From the NCBI GenBank assembly GCA_036172245.1, contig JAYWIR010000005.1, forward strand, positions 5,270,001 through 5,334,000: DNA of 64,000 nt, in the 5' to 3' direction. Positions within the stretch are counted from its first letter, which is position 1. Each line of letters starts with the position of its first letter. The translations under genes and the position numbers were made by a program. The notes under the pieces were generated by a model. The model was given only the letters and a program-made list of their open reading frames with translations, searched no databases and was not told the DNA's origin. Positions 51,136 to 64,000 of the stretch are shown here, one piece after another. The stretch comes from Raillietiella orientalis. Lineage: Eukaryota.

Positions 51136-53622
51136 GTCCCTGGCAACGCTCGCAGGAGCTTCGACCTCAACAAGCCTTGGCTGCCCTCCTCGGCATTGCT
51201 CACAGCATTTTTTTGTTTGCTTGTTTTCCTCTCTCCTCTTCTTCCCGAAACGGGAAGAGGAGAGAGGGAAAGGAGGGGAAGGGGGAGACGGAGCAAGGGT
51301 CCAAGGTGGGGAAAGAAGAAGACGAGGAAGGGGAGAGAAGGAAGGCAGAATGGCTGGAGGGACGTAGAGCTCGTGGATTCGGGGATGTGCATCTGAGGGA
51401 GCCGCAAGGAGGAAGGGAGGAGGAGGAAGAGAAGAGAAGAGAAGAGGAGGAGAAAAGGACCACGGATCTGCGTGCGGTCGCTTCCTCAGCGCTCTCCGGG
51501 AACCCCGCCACCTCCCCTCCCTTTCCCCGCTGCCGCTGCCACGCTGCTCAGGACCCTTTGGAGTGGGGGACCCCGAGAGAATCGAGTGCTGCTGCGAGGA
51601 GGTGTTGCCGCTTTCGTCATCGTGCCGATGCGCGGCGGCGAATCCGCGCTGGAGATCTCAAGGCTCAGCGTCCTTCTCTTTACGTTTTCTCTGAGGGGAA
51701 CGCTCCCGAAAGAACGGGCAAGCGAGTGAAGAGAGTAGAGGGGGTAAGGGAGAGGCGTGCGTTCTGCATGACCGCAAGAGGAATCGGAAGGGGAGCTTGC
51801 AAGGGACGCATCCAGCCACCGCCAGCCGCACTGCCAGCAAACGAACGGGACTGACCGCATCCTTGGTGAGGTGCTCGCGATGGAAGAGGATGAAACGCTC
51901 GGCGGCCACAGAGAGCCCACTGGACGATAAGAAAGGAGGGCGTCGTCGTGTCGAGAAGACGTCAGGCGACGGGATCCTGCCGCCGCGCCTATCTGCCTCC
52001 CGGAGGAGAGCGGAGCCAGAGCGCAGCGACGATGATACTCGCTTGTTGCCTGGACGGTGGTAGTGGCCAACAACCTCTCCCTTGGGAGGGGAGGAAAATG
52101 GAAGGACCCCCTCGAAGCTGCTCCTCATTCGAGAAGGAACGGCGCTTGCCTTTTCGTCGGTTCAGCATTCCTTTCAAGGCTACCGTCGTCACGACAACCA
52201 ATCCTTCTTTGTTTGCTTTGTTTCCCTTTACCCCTGCACAGAAGACGCGCGCCCAAGGGAGGGAAGGACGAGAGAAAACGCCGGATTTTTCTTTTTTCCT
52301 CCCCATCTCGGCGAGCCGCCGGTTCACGGACCAGCATTAAATTATCGGTCAAGATTCCGAGAAAGGGTCACGGGGCAGAGGAAGGTCCGCCTGCTCTTGG
52401 AACGCGGAGTGCGCGGGAGTTCCCTGGGAGGGGAACGGCGGTGGCCCTCGAGGAGGATATGGACCTGAGGTTAAGGGGAGGGGAAGTAGGGGAAGAGGGG
52501 GGGATGGTGAGAAAGGAAGGGGAAGGAAGAAAGTCTCAACCATCAAACTGGCGGAGGAGCTGCGCCTCTCCAGCGAACGCTGCGGGCGCGTGCACGCGCA
52601 TCCGCAATACCCACCTGCACTTCGCGCCGCGCTAAAAATAAACGAAATCGCCGCGCCGTTCGTCGTCATGGCTGCGAGCCCAAAAGCGTGTGGGCTAGCC
52701 GGGTGTCGGTGGCGACGACGCGGAGGCATGATGGCTCAGGCAAGAAGGACGGGAGGAAAGGTTGGGAAGATGGACGGGAAAGAGGAGGGAGGGCAAGGTG
52801 TGCGCGTTCCCTGAGGGACGATACCGCGTGTGCGCACAGCAAACCTGCTCCATGCAGCATCCCTCCCCCCCCCCGCTCACCCCCGCCGCCCTGCGAGCGC
52901 GGAAGAACCCGCGGAAAACAACCCTCGTCACGCGCCTCCGACGCAACGCCACAGAGGGCGGGGGGCGCGCGCGCGCACGCCAGACGCGTCCGGCGGCAGT
53001 GGATGGAGGACGCACCGAGTGCCTCGCGGACAAAGCGTCGCCGTTTCGGAGACGGAGACGGGAAGCGGCCTTCGCCAGAGGCGGGTTGCGGAGGGTCGGA
53101 AGCCTTTCCTCCTCCTCCTCCTCTTCGTCTCTCCTCATTTTCGCTTCCCCCTCTCCTTCCGCTGTTCCTCCACTCTTCTTTTGTTGTTCCCCCACGATTA
53201 GCGCCATGCTCCTTACCCCAATTTCCGCTTCGGCCGAGGAGCACGCACGACCTCCTACGACGAGAAGGAAGGAGATCAACCCTTCATCTATCCCCCTTCC
53301 TGGAGCTTTTCGGCGCCGGTTTCTACTCAGCATCGTTGTCAGGACTCAGCCGTCCCGGCGGTCAGATGCACCACCACTCCAGAGGTCCGCCGCTGGAAGG
53401 GTGGCAGGAGGTCCCACTTCTCCAGAATCCCACGCGCCCGAATGGAGCTCAGCGGCTACCCGAGACCAAAAGAGGACTCGACGCGCCTCCGGCCAATGGC
53501 AAAACTCCTCCGTCCCTCGCCCTTCGCCTTCGTTCGTTCCCCTCTTCCCTTCCACTCTCCCTCCTCCCCTTCGTCGCGGCGGGAGGTTTGCAGCAACGGA
53601 GGAGCACCCCAAGAGCACCACC

Positions 53623-53647
53623 CCGCCGCCGCCGCCGCCGCCGCCGC
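53623..53647 (+). repeat. (CCG)n microsatellite
   Basis: About 8 tandem ccg units. Confidence 0.9.
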
Positions 53648-56600
53648 TTTTTCCCATCGGCTCTCCTCCTCCCTCTCATCTCCCTCATCCCCCTGGAAAC
53701 GGGCGTGGGTGCGTGTTAAAGGGCATGCATGCGGAAGGACGCGGGAGAGTGAGGCGCTCGCGAGGGTGGCGCTGCTCCTTACCGTAGTTCTTCGGCAGCC
53801 TGGAAGATGGCGGCGATATGCGGACGGACGCAGCTGCGCAGAGAAGCAGCGCCTGCAGGACCAGCGTGACGAGCTTTCCCTTGTGAGAGCAGGAGGCGGA
53901 GGCCTTCATCTCAGGGTCTGGAAAGCAACGCCGGGGAGTCAGGAATGGCGGTGGTCTCAGGGGGGAGGGGGAGGAAAGCGCGCGGGACGGAGAAATCTGC
54001 CTCGAGGTCGCCTCGTCGCCGATCCTTTTCCTCCTCCTCCTCCTCCTCCCCCGAGGAGTCCCCTCTCCCTCGGGGATTCGGAGCATAAGGGCGCGAAGGC
54101 GCCAGGCAAAAAAGGAGGCGGGGCGGAAACGCTCCTTCGGATCGCGTGCCTTCCCACCTCCCTAGGGGTGAGCGAACGGATTGAGGGACGCACGCCGAAG
54201 GCACTCGTGGCCGAGACTCCTGTGTTGAAGCGATCGCCGCTCTCACTTCCCCGGAGGGAACTACCTTCTCTTTTCGGCGGGTGCAGAAGGAGTGCCCGCG
54301 GCGGCGTTCCCTGTCCAGTGCCCATCACTCGCTGCTGCCCGCTGCTTCTCTCACTCTGGACGACCTGGTCCGGCACACCAGAGGGAAGAGGAGGAGAAAG
54401 GCATGGAAAAGCGCCACCTCCCTCTTCCTCCACCTCACCCGACCCCAGTCCAACTGGCATGAATTCGCCGCAGCGGTGCCCAGCGGGCCTTGTTCCCCCC
54501 TCACCCCCCGCCCCACGAAGCACTCGTCTCCTCGCAGCCTTCCTGGCAGCAGCGGCGTCTTCGGTGCCGTCCGAAGTCTCACGGTCGCTTCCGCGCCGCC
54601 TCCCTGCGGGAGGAAGGAGAACCCTCCGGTCCACCTGCCTGTCCATCGGCAGGGGGCAGAGCACGCACGACAGTAGCTCAGTGGGGAGCAGAGGGAAGGG
54701 GAGGGCGAATGCTCCCGGAATCGGAATCGGCAAATCTCTCCACGTTTTCTCCCTTCCTTCCTTTCCTTTTTCCCCTTCCCTTTCGCGCCGGCTTCACAGC
54801 CAGACTGACCTACTGACCTTTGACACGGAAAAGGATTACGGAAAACACGTGAAGGAATGCACGCGGGGCACGTGGGCGGTCTTGAAGGGAAAAAAGGGGA
54901 ACTCAGACAGCTGACGCGGGAGCTGGTCGTCTGAGATTGCGGAGGGCAGAGGACGGGGATGAGAGAATGGGGGGTTGCCAAGAGTGACGAGACGGGCCCG
55001 GTGTGTGTAGAAGGGAGGGAGAGGGGTAAGGGAATGTGCTCTTCCCTCTCGGAGAGGTAGGAACGGCGCTCTCCTCTTTCCCCGCGCCACCCCTACTCCT
55101 GCCCTTTCTCCGTACCCCTTCGTCCTGAGGACCCAGGACGAGGGGGAGAGAGGAGCCCTCGTTGTGCAGAGAGCGGATCTCGGATGCCTCCACAGAAGCA
55201 GCAAAGCTCCTCCGCACGGCCTTCCGGCCTTCCTTCATCCCCCTCCCCCCCTCCGGTGACCCGCACTGTCTTCCGGTTGCCCTGAGGGCCTCTCGACTTG
55301 GAAACATCAGTCGTCTCGGCGCCAGCGGGGAAAGACGGCGGGGCGCCTGCAGTCCCGGCGGTGCGAGCTGGGCAGGAATGGGCAGGGCGAAAGCCTCGCC
55401 AGGAACGGAGGGAAGAAAGGGGAAGTGAAGGCTCTCCCTGGGGATTCTGCCCGCCACACTTTGGGAGGACGATCGCCTGCTGGGGGAGGGGAGGGACTTT
55501 TCTGCAACCTGACGGCCCTTCCCTCCAGGAGGGGGATGAGCTGCAGACTACTGCTGTATGCAAAGGGTGAGAGGATGGAGCACCCTCCAGCCTCGTCCTG
55601 GGTTTTCAGGCCACGAGGAGGCATCTCTCGGACTGTCAGAGGAGGCATCTCTCAGAAGGCAGACGCCTTCTGGGGATCCCTGGAAAAGGCAGCCACCTCC
55701 CGCGGTCGGAGGGACCGCGCGACTCCCTGGTCCTCCGGGGATCTTTAAGAATTCTCATTTGGTAGGAGAAGGGAGTGAGCACCCCAGTAACGGCACAGGA
55801 ATGGGACAGTGAAGGACGGGTGGCAGAGGGAGGAAGGACGTGAGTGGACCCTGGATGGCATGGGGAGAGGGGGGGGGGGCTGCGTATCGTAGCGACGGCG
55901 CGGAGTACAGGCACCGAGGGGTGCCTTCTCCGGGATGGTCTTCCCTCCTGCAGGAGATGGGAAGGCGGAAGAGAAAGGGTCCTTTATGCCGGGCCTGCAG
56001 CCTCCGCGCTCCCGGAAGGCGGGGCTGGCGACCGGCCACGGCCACCCGGAGCCGGTTCCGCCGCCGGCGCCGCCAGCCCGGTTTCGGCGGCAGCATCGCT
56101 GCGGTCGGAGCGGCATGACGTCACTGCCCGATGCTGTCCGCTCCCGTAGGCTCGCCCGCGAGTGCTTTTTCGCCACTTGACCTGACCCCGCTGCCGGCGG
56201 GTCGGCAACCTGCAGGGCAGCCGAAAACGCCATGCCTGTGGGGAGCGGGGGAAGGGCATGGGTCCAGACGGAACGGGAGGCGACCCCTCGCCTCCCTTCC
56301 GAATGCCCGGGGACCTTCGTGCTGGCCCAGCTCACCTCGACCTCCTGGATAGGTTCGCAACCTCTACTCCCCCAGGAGGCAGCCTTCCCTCCGGTCCACG
56401 GTCTCGATGGGGCAGCAGCAAAAAGAGTCAACGCCTGAGACTCCCTCCTCGGTGGTGCTCTCCGCTCCCCCCCCTTCCCCTCCTCTCTGCAAGAAGCGGC
56501 GGCGATGCGGATCTCTGAAGAGATCCCTCTCCAGAGGAAGAGAGTAGGTAGGGGACGGCAGATTCCTCCGTGAAGAGGAGGAGGCAAAGAGATTTCCTGG

Positions 56601-59600
56601 GAGGTCGGACGAGGCCTTCTCTCCCGCTGGTGGTGGGAGAGGAGGACGCGGGAGTTCCGGACTTGCCAGAGATTACGCGGCGGCACTGGCCCTACCAGAG
56701 GCACACGAGAGCAACCGGCAGAGCCGGTGGTCTGGCTAGGGGATCTGCGGGAGGCTCTTCTACCGGGAGTAGTCAATCTCGGAAAGGGTTGCTAGGTAGA
56801 CGACGTTCCCTCCCTCCGGGATCCCAGGGACCAGCGAGACTTTCTTCCTAGTCTCCCAAGAGCGTCTTCCCGACCTCTGCGTAAGAGGCTAGGAAATCCT
56901 TTGAGGAGAGAGGGAGAGAAGGAGGTTCCCTCTCTTCCTTGTTCCCTGCCTTTCCCACTCCCCCTGCCTCTCCCCTCCTCATGCACGCGTCCGGGAGTTA
57001 CCAGCTCCTTCACCCGATCCTGCGGGCTGCTTTTCCTGTCTTCTGAGGGCGCGCTTCGCTCCCGGGAGGGACGACTCCGGTCTCGGAGGGCGCAACCAGC
57101 ACGTTCGGTTGGTGGCGGCAATGCCGCGCCTCCTTCTCCCAGCTATCCCGCTGTTTCCGCGGGAACGGAAGGTTTGGTAATTTCTCCGGGGCTAACATCA
57201 CGCGGAGATCCCGTCAGAAAGGGGAGACTCCGACGAGAGGAAAGTCGGCTGTGTCCGGGAACGTGCGCGCCCCTCCCTCCTCGTCCTTCCACCCTTCCCT
57301 TCCCTCGATTCTGGCCAGCAGAGCGGGGAGCAGCGTGTGGAGCTCACTTCACGCCAAAGAAGCGGGACGCTGGAGTTGAGGCTGCAGCTGTCCCGACGGC
57401 CGGTTTGGGAGCGCGACCGGTCGCGTGGAGAGACGGAGGGACGTAGACGAAGTCCAGATAAGGAGGAGTCTCTACTGGGTAAGGCAGGTAGGGCTGCCAA
57501 GGGCCACCACCTCGCGCCCTCTCGCTTCGGAGCAGAGCTCGCAGGTGACGTGTTGCTGCCACCGCTGCTGAGGAGGAGGAGGAGCAGAGAATTTTCCCGA
57601 CGATCCTCCTCTCCCGTCTTTGCGGGAAGCGCCTCGCCTGCCTCATCTCTTTCCGCGTCCTCTTTGGTCCCTCCCCTTTCCGCACGGACGGCGGCATCTC
57701 ACGACTTCTCCTCCCTCCCCGTCAACTCAAGGACTTCGCTGTGGCGGGAGGTGAGCGGCGAAGGAATCGGCGGGAAATCCTGATCCTTGGATGAGTTCCC
57801 GTTGCCCGGAGACCGAATCTCCCTTTCTGCCCCTTCCTGCCACCCGCCCCATTCGAAAAGGAAACCCTGATGATCGGGACGCTCCCTAGGCGGGGCGCGT
57901 TCAACAAGGGAAGCCTTCCTGCGTGCGATCGGTCGGCGAATCGCTAGATCGCGCGAGGGCGCATGCGCGCGCCCTCGCGCGCGTTTCCCCTGCTTCTTTC
58001 CGCGGCCTGAGAAAAGCAGCAGCGGAGAGGAGGAGGCATTTTCGTGGGAAACGGAGGAATCACTGACCTTTCGCATCCGGAGAGACAATCCATCCGATCA
58101 TCTGGGAACCGCAGAGGCTGCTTCACCGCACGTTGCGCGCATTACTTCTTCCGGTGATCACGAAGCGCGGGAGACTCTCATCTCCGCCAGCACGCGATCG
58201 CTCAACCTGACTGACTGCCCGGTCGGGCGGCGTGGAAAAAGTGAGAAGCGCGCTGACCCACATTCGGAGACGCCAAGGTGGATCGAGAGGCTTCGCAGAG
58301 GAGTCCCGGAAGCGCGCGTTCGCGAGCGCCGGCGAAGAGGAAGAGGAGGGATATGAAACCCCTTGCGGCAGCCCCGGGGGACGCCAGGGGCAGGTTCGCA
58401 CGCCGCGCAAACGGATGCCCTGACTTCTTCCTTCCCTCTCCCTCCTCCTCCCCCTTCGGGTAGAAAGACTCCGGAGGAAAGCGAAGGGAGGACGGGGAGC
58501 GTTCTATCGGTATGTCCCCTGTCGTCGTGGCGTCGCACGCCTGCGCGAAGATCGTGGAAACGCGGGGGCGGACCTCCGTCGCAGTGGGGCTGGGCTTCCG
58601 CAGGCCGGGACGAGGACCGGAAGGGGGCGCGACTGCGGATACAGCGAGGTTGCGGGGTGCTCCTTTGAGAGAGATTGAGGCATCGAGAAACGGGGGATTT
58701 CCGGATTTCCCTCCCTTCCTCCCCCTCACCTGCCGATGGAATCTCCGCGCCGTTGCCTAGCACTGGCGGAAGTTCCTGGGGATGTCAGTCTCTCCCACTC
58801 GTGTGCGGCCCGAACTCTCCCTCCTCCTCCTCCTCCTTTTCCTTCCCGGACTCTCGCGGATGCTGCCCGGAACTTTCCCTTTCGCTGCGACTGCTGAGCG
58901 GCGCTCTCTCGCACCGTTCCTCAGCACCAACGGGTGCTGCCGCCGCCACCCACAGCTCTTCGCGCATTCGCAGTGGCGGCAGCGCGCCCGGTCGCGAGGA
59001 GGCACAGTCTTCTCCCCACCTTCCTCTTCCTTCCTCGCTCCAGCACCCCTGTCTCACTCTGGTCCGCAGCTCGCGTGCGCAGCGGCATCCTGGCGACCTC
59101 GTCGTGCTATCTCTCCCTTCCGCCTTCACCAGGAGGCACTCTGAGCAGGTCACAGCGGCGAAGCTCCGTCCTCCCTCGAGGAGTCTCCTGCCACGCCACT
59201 CCCGACGTACGCGGGCGAGGGAGGAAAGGTCATCCGGGGAACCTCGATGGCCGCCTCGCAACGCGACTCCTAGAGCAGCCGGAAAAAGGGAGGAGGGGGT
59301 GGGGAGTGAAGGTGGTAGGAAGAGTGGCTCCTCCTCACTGTCTCCCCCCCGTCCATCCTGACCTTCTCTCTTCCTGGGGTCCCTGCCCCCGGCTGACCGT
59401 CCACAGGAGTCGGGCACTTTCCAGGACCGGGTAGGCGAGTGGAACCTGTCGTCGAGAGGCAGCACTTGCGCTTCTCTCCGTCCTCTCCCTCGACCCACCC
59501 CTTCTCCGGAGAGCTCCCGGAGTCTCTCAGGGACCTGCGTTCGGCGAGGAGTGGGGTAGGTTCTTCCCGCAGGTTCTTTGGTATTTCTTCCAGAAGGGAT

Positions 59601-61929
59601 GGCACTGAGATGCGCTGCCTTCTCCCAAGGGGAAGAGGGAGGGAGGCGCGGGTGCGCGCCCAGGAAGTGCCCATCCCATCACCTCCACTTTCCCTTTCGA
59701 GAGTCACCACCCCGCCACTTCTCAAGGCGGCGTCTCTCCCTCTACATATTTCAGCTTCTCCATCCCCACCGTTCCTTACCCCCCTCCCATGATTCCCTCC
59801 TCCATCCCCGCTGCGCACGTGGAGGAAGCAGCCGCCGATCCCGATTCTTCCCGTATTCAAGGCAACGGCAGAGAGTCTCGCGTTGGAGCGCCAAAGCGCG
59901 AACTACTTTTGCCGCTGCCGCACTGCGGGAAATGTATGCTCGACCCCGTCCTCCCGCCCCGATTCCTTCCAGCGGCAAGGCCAGGAGGGAGAAGGGGAAG
60001 GGCGGGGAAGCTGGATGTGTTTCCCGGAGGTGCTGGATTGCCCCTCCTGGGAAATCCTTCCGTCCGTCCCGAACGCTTCCCCTTCGCGGCACCTTTGCCA
60101 CTCACTGGAACGGCACGCGTTTCCCTCCTTCCCCTGGACTCCTCCGAGAATGGAGGGAGTTCCCCCGCGCTCCCTGGAGAGGCAAGGGAACGCGGGGAAC
60201 TCGAGTTCGCCTTTTTCGGGCTTGGAGAAGGCAGGGAGGGAGAAGGGCCATGCGTGCCTTCCTCCCTGCTTCCCACCGCGTCCCCCTTCATCCCGTGCGA
60301 AAAGGAGGGGGAGGAGGACCGTCACGGCAGGCGACGAAGCGCCCCAGCCCGCCCCCCAGCCGAGATCATTGGGGCGAGGAAAATCGGGCGAGTTCCAGTT
60401 CGCAGCAGGCGGAAAATTGGCCCGTCCTCGAGCAGCCTCCGTTTCTAGGATTCCGCCACAGCTGCAGCTGGACCGCCGCCGGTCGGATGCGCTCCGAGAG
60501 GCGTCCGTGCAAACCCAACGCGAGGAGCTGCTCGGCTGGAACAAGTGGACCGCCCGCGTCTGCGCCTGCGCTGGTCCGCGGAGCCGCCACCGCCGCTACC
60601 TCGGGTGAGCTCCGGCACGCACGCGCGTACGTGAGCTCGTGAGCGCGTGCGCGTTGCCGCCTGCGATGCGCCGGCCTCGCCTCGCGTGGCCTCCGTGGAG
60701 GAACGAAGGTGGGGGCGGGATGATGCGGTGCCCCCTCCTTGTCCTAGCTCCCGGAAGATTTCTGCCCACCGTCCGTCGCTACTCCTCTCCATGTCCCTCT
60801 TCCTTCCCTCTCTCGTCGGGAACTTTCCCCCTCCCCTTTGCGCCGCCAGAAGTCCTTCGTGAATTGTCTGGAGCAACCCGGCTCCGGACCACGGCGGCAT
60901 CGAGGAGTCAAGCTCGATCCTCTGGACTTCCCATCCCCGCCAATCCTGGACTGGAGGAAGAGGTAGCACGTCTGGTGAGGCTGGACGTCTTCCTTGGTCC
61001 AGACGTAGAGGTTGCTCCGGAGCGAGAACGCAAGGAGAGTCCAGAGGCGGTGGACGATTTAGTGCGAGCGAGGCGGCGTAGGGAGGAGGAAAGCAGGAAG
61101 GCGGAGCCAGGAGCTGGGTGGATCTCCCTCCCTTGCTTCTTCCCTTTCTTTCTCTTTGGGCCACATGCCAGCGGGTCTCCTCAGGACGCTCCCTCGAGAA
61201 GTGGCGGCGGCATGAAAAAGCCGTTTCAGGGGTTACCACCGAGTGAGTAGCAGCAGCAGCTGTCTTCTTTGAGAGCCTCGTTGCGAAGGGGAGTTGCATA
61301 TGGATGCTGCGTTCCACCTGGGAAAAGGAGGCACCGGGAGAACACGGAACGGCCGAACTGCCGTGCGCGTCACCCAAGAAGGTCGCACCCCTTGGGCGAA
61401 CGCAGCAGAACCTGCGTCGAGAGAAAGGGGATGCTGGGCTAAGGGAGTCATGAGGTCACTTCCCAGACGTGGCGTCTGGAACGCTTCCTCGATGGCACGG
61501 AAGAGGGAACTCCGCTCGCTGCAAAGTGGGGAGGACGGAGAAGAAGTCTCAAAAGAGAGCGGCGCGTCTATAGTCCATCTTATGGTGTCTCGGGTCCAGA
61601 AACCACGGACTCATCGGAAACTCCCTCAAGATCTTCCAGCAAATCAAGGACTCCCTGTCCTGCTACTCTCCACTTCCTCGGGTCCGGACGGGTGAGGTCC
61701 TACCGGGAAGGAGAGTGGGAGTGAAGACTCGCTCCGCTCACGGAAGGGAGTGGCTTGTGAGGCGAGAGCTGACCCGTAGAAAGGCTTCCTTGCTGGGTCA
61801 AGCCACTTTTCCCTGAGATCGATTCCTGACAGGGTCTTCCCTAAGGCAGCTTCTCCATTACCTTTCTCTTTCCTTCCCATGTCTTCCTTTTCCTGTCTCT
61901 CCTTCCTAGGGAAAGATCAGGGACTCACT

Positions 61930-63950
61930 GGACAGGGAGAGAATCGTGTCTATTGGGCATGACCTTCTTATCGGGACAACAGCAGGACCTCTTCCCGCAT
62001 GATGGGGAGTGGTAAGGGAGAGAGTTAGGGAAGGAGGGAACTGGAAGACAGTGCAAGAAGGGAAAACGACCGAGCATCCCGGTGAGAGGAAGGAGACTGA
62101 ACCCTCGGTTTGGACCCGAAGGCCGTTCGCTCGCTGTCCAGCTGAGGACCGTGATAGGGATGATCTGAGAACGCGGATAGACTTGCTGCCGCTCCCAGTG
62201 AGAAGGAGGAGTTCTTCTGGAAGACGTTCTGCTGAAGAGGGTAGGCTGCCCTCTGGGGGATGTGCCAGGAGGAAAGCCGACAGTAGAGCGTGACCTCGAA
62301 ACCTCTACTAGGCTACAGGTACCTGGTGCTTCCTTCTGCATCTCTGCCCCTGTCAGAGAGTCAGCGAGGGGAAACCTGGAAAATCCACTTGGGAGGTCCT
62401 AGTCGGTCTATCGGGATGGAAATGGAGTGCAACTGGTGATGATGGGGGTCAGGAGAGGCAGAGGGAACCGTCCATCGTCTCACAAAGAATCGTCAGGGAT
62501 CGAGGAGCTGGGGAAAGGAGTGCCGGTAGGGAACAAGCGCAGCAGCAGCAGGACGGAGAGTGAAAAGGACCTCGGAGGGCGGCACAAGCGGTCTCTAAGG
62601 TTGCAGTGGCTGCTAGATCGACGAGTCCTCGGAAAGCTCGTGGAATTCCTCGGCCAGGAGGGCTACGGTTGTCCGTTATGGCAGGGAAAAGGAGAAAAGG
62701 AAACGGGCCACCTCGTACGCTTCAGGAAACTCGGTCTGGGTCAACAAACTGAGAACTCTGGAAGACGCGACAGCGTTTCCGCAGTCACCCGGCGGACAGC
62801 AGCGAGGACTCATGGTCCCCCTTCCCTCTCCTCCTGAAAGAGATGAACCTTGCTAGCGTTCTACCGAGGGCTGCTCGCGGAAGGAAACGCCCTGTAGAAA
62901 AGGGTAGGTAAGAGAAAATGAAGGAGGAGGAGGTGAAGGATAAGCATGCAGGATGCTGCAGCGTTGACTGCAGAACGGAGTCACTCTCCTCGGGGAAAGC
63001 TTGAGAGCAACCTCCTTCCCTCTCAGATATGAAGAGAGATATGCCAGAGTCAGTGAGAGACCAGCTTCCGTTGGATGGACTCTTCCTTCTCTGGAGCATC
63101 CCCCCTCCGCTCTTGCTTACCGCCCTCCGCTTCCGTTCCCCTCTCGATCTCTTCTGGAGGTGTCCTCTCCCTTCTCTCACCTTTCCCCATTCCCCGGCCA
63201 GCCGATCCAGCGCTGTTTCCAGGACGCTGAAAGATAAGTTTTCCTGGATGCAAGCCCGTCTCTTTCGTGTCCATAGAGAACCAACCCTAAGGGGTCCTTT
63301 GCCTTCTCCATGCACCTACCATACCGCGAGGCTTTTCAGGACGCTTCAGCTGACATAGGTTCCTACAGACATCTTCAACATCTGGACTGAATCCGCAAAA
63401 GATTCGTGAAGAGCTGAGAGGCAGTCTGGAGTAGGACCAGTGCTGCTGCTGCTGGTTCACGCCGTCTCAGTGGGTTCCTTCCTGAAAAAGAAACTTCTAA
63501 GGTTATCACTTCCGCGTTCAGAGGGGCTCAGCATCCTACTCGTTTGTCCGTCCATCTGGGTCTCGAGTTTTGCATCTCTGTGGCTTTCCGCATTGCTTTC
63601 AAGGAGTTTAACCTAAGTTCTCTTCCTTCGCCCCACTCGCACCCGCCTCGACAAGTACCCGGCACCCCCAGCCGAAACAGCACAGCAGTATGTTTAATCT
63701 CTCCGGAAACGAAGGCGTCCGCCCTCCCCCTCGCCTCACCAGCAGCGCATTTCTCCCGCATCACCAGCGAGCCAAGCCAGAGGAGGTCCGGATAAGGAGG
63801 GAGGACCATCCTTTGCGAGGACGGCAGCAAATGCCCGCTCTCCTCCTCCTCCTTTTTCCGTCTTTCCCCTCCCCCAATTCTCCACCGTCCACTTCTTGAC
63901 CCTTCTTCTCTAGCGGTCAGGAGCACAATTCTCGGAGCAGTTCCAAAAAG
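61930..63950 (-). mobile_element. degenerate CR1/L2-group LINE reverse transcriptase relic
   Basis: Colinear weak minus-strand motifs: LPP..LWLGSLV..RADAF, ISLFISER.GGCSQAF..DSVLQSTL (resembling ISSFLSDR...GVPQGSVLSPTL), YRHSFPQLL..FVR, PNSLP...VMPNRH. Confidence 0.4.
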
Positions 63951-64000
63951 CTTCCGAGAGGGACAACTTCCCCTGCATCCCGCCCCTATCCTACTTCCCT

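Noticed and set aside
51200..61900. Many long overlapping ORFs (e.g. 53442-54914, 59578-60642, 52688-53719)
   Set aside because: They are Arg/Pro/Gly/Ser-rich low-complexity translations open in several frames at once, with no recognisable domain. This is expected in stop-poor DNA of about 65-70% GC.

Overview
This is animal (arthropod-like) genomic DNA with a strong composition step. It is AT-rich from 1 to about 15.5 kb, ramps up over about 15.5-24 kb, and is very GC/CpG-rich from about 30 to 64 kb. Three spliced genes can be rebuilt by hand: an MCC (mutated in colorectal cancers) homologue on + (7579-15260, 12 exons, about 672 aa, apparent GC-AG first intron), a secreted trypsin-like serine protease on - (33583-31059, 7 exons, 280 aa, RDSGGP instead of GDSGGP), and a Stubble-stubbloid-like clip/disulfide-knot protease on - (50678-41732 firmly supported, first exon uncertain). 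Between MCC and the proteases lies a roughly 7.5 kb frameshifted sacsin-like pseudogene on -, which the ORF track shows only as scattered fragments. Mobile DNA includes a NeSL/Utopia-like RLE retrotransposon fragment, three related 3' fragments of an L1/Tx1-like LINE, a tRNA-derived SINE-like family with an internal GGTTCCC repeat (6 copies, one split by the LINE with a target-site duplication), a small MITE-like inverted repeat, and weaker RTE- and CR1-like relics. Most long ORFs in the GC-rich half are probably spurious. All homology calls come from motifs recognised by eye; no database search was run.
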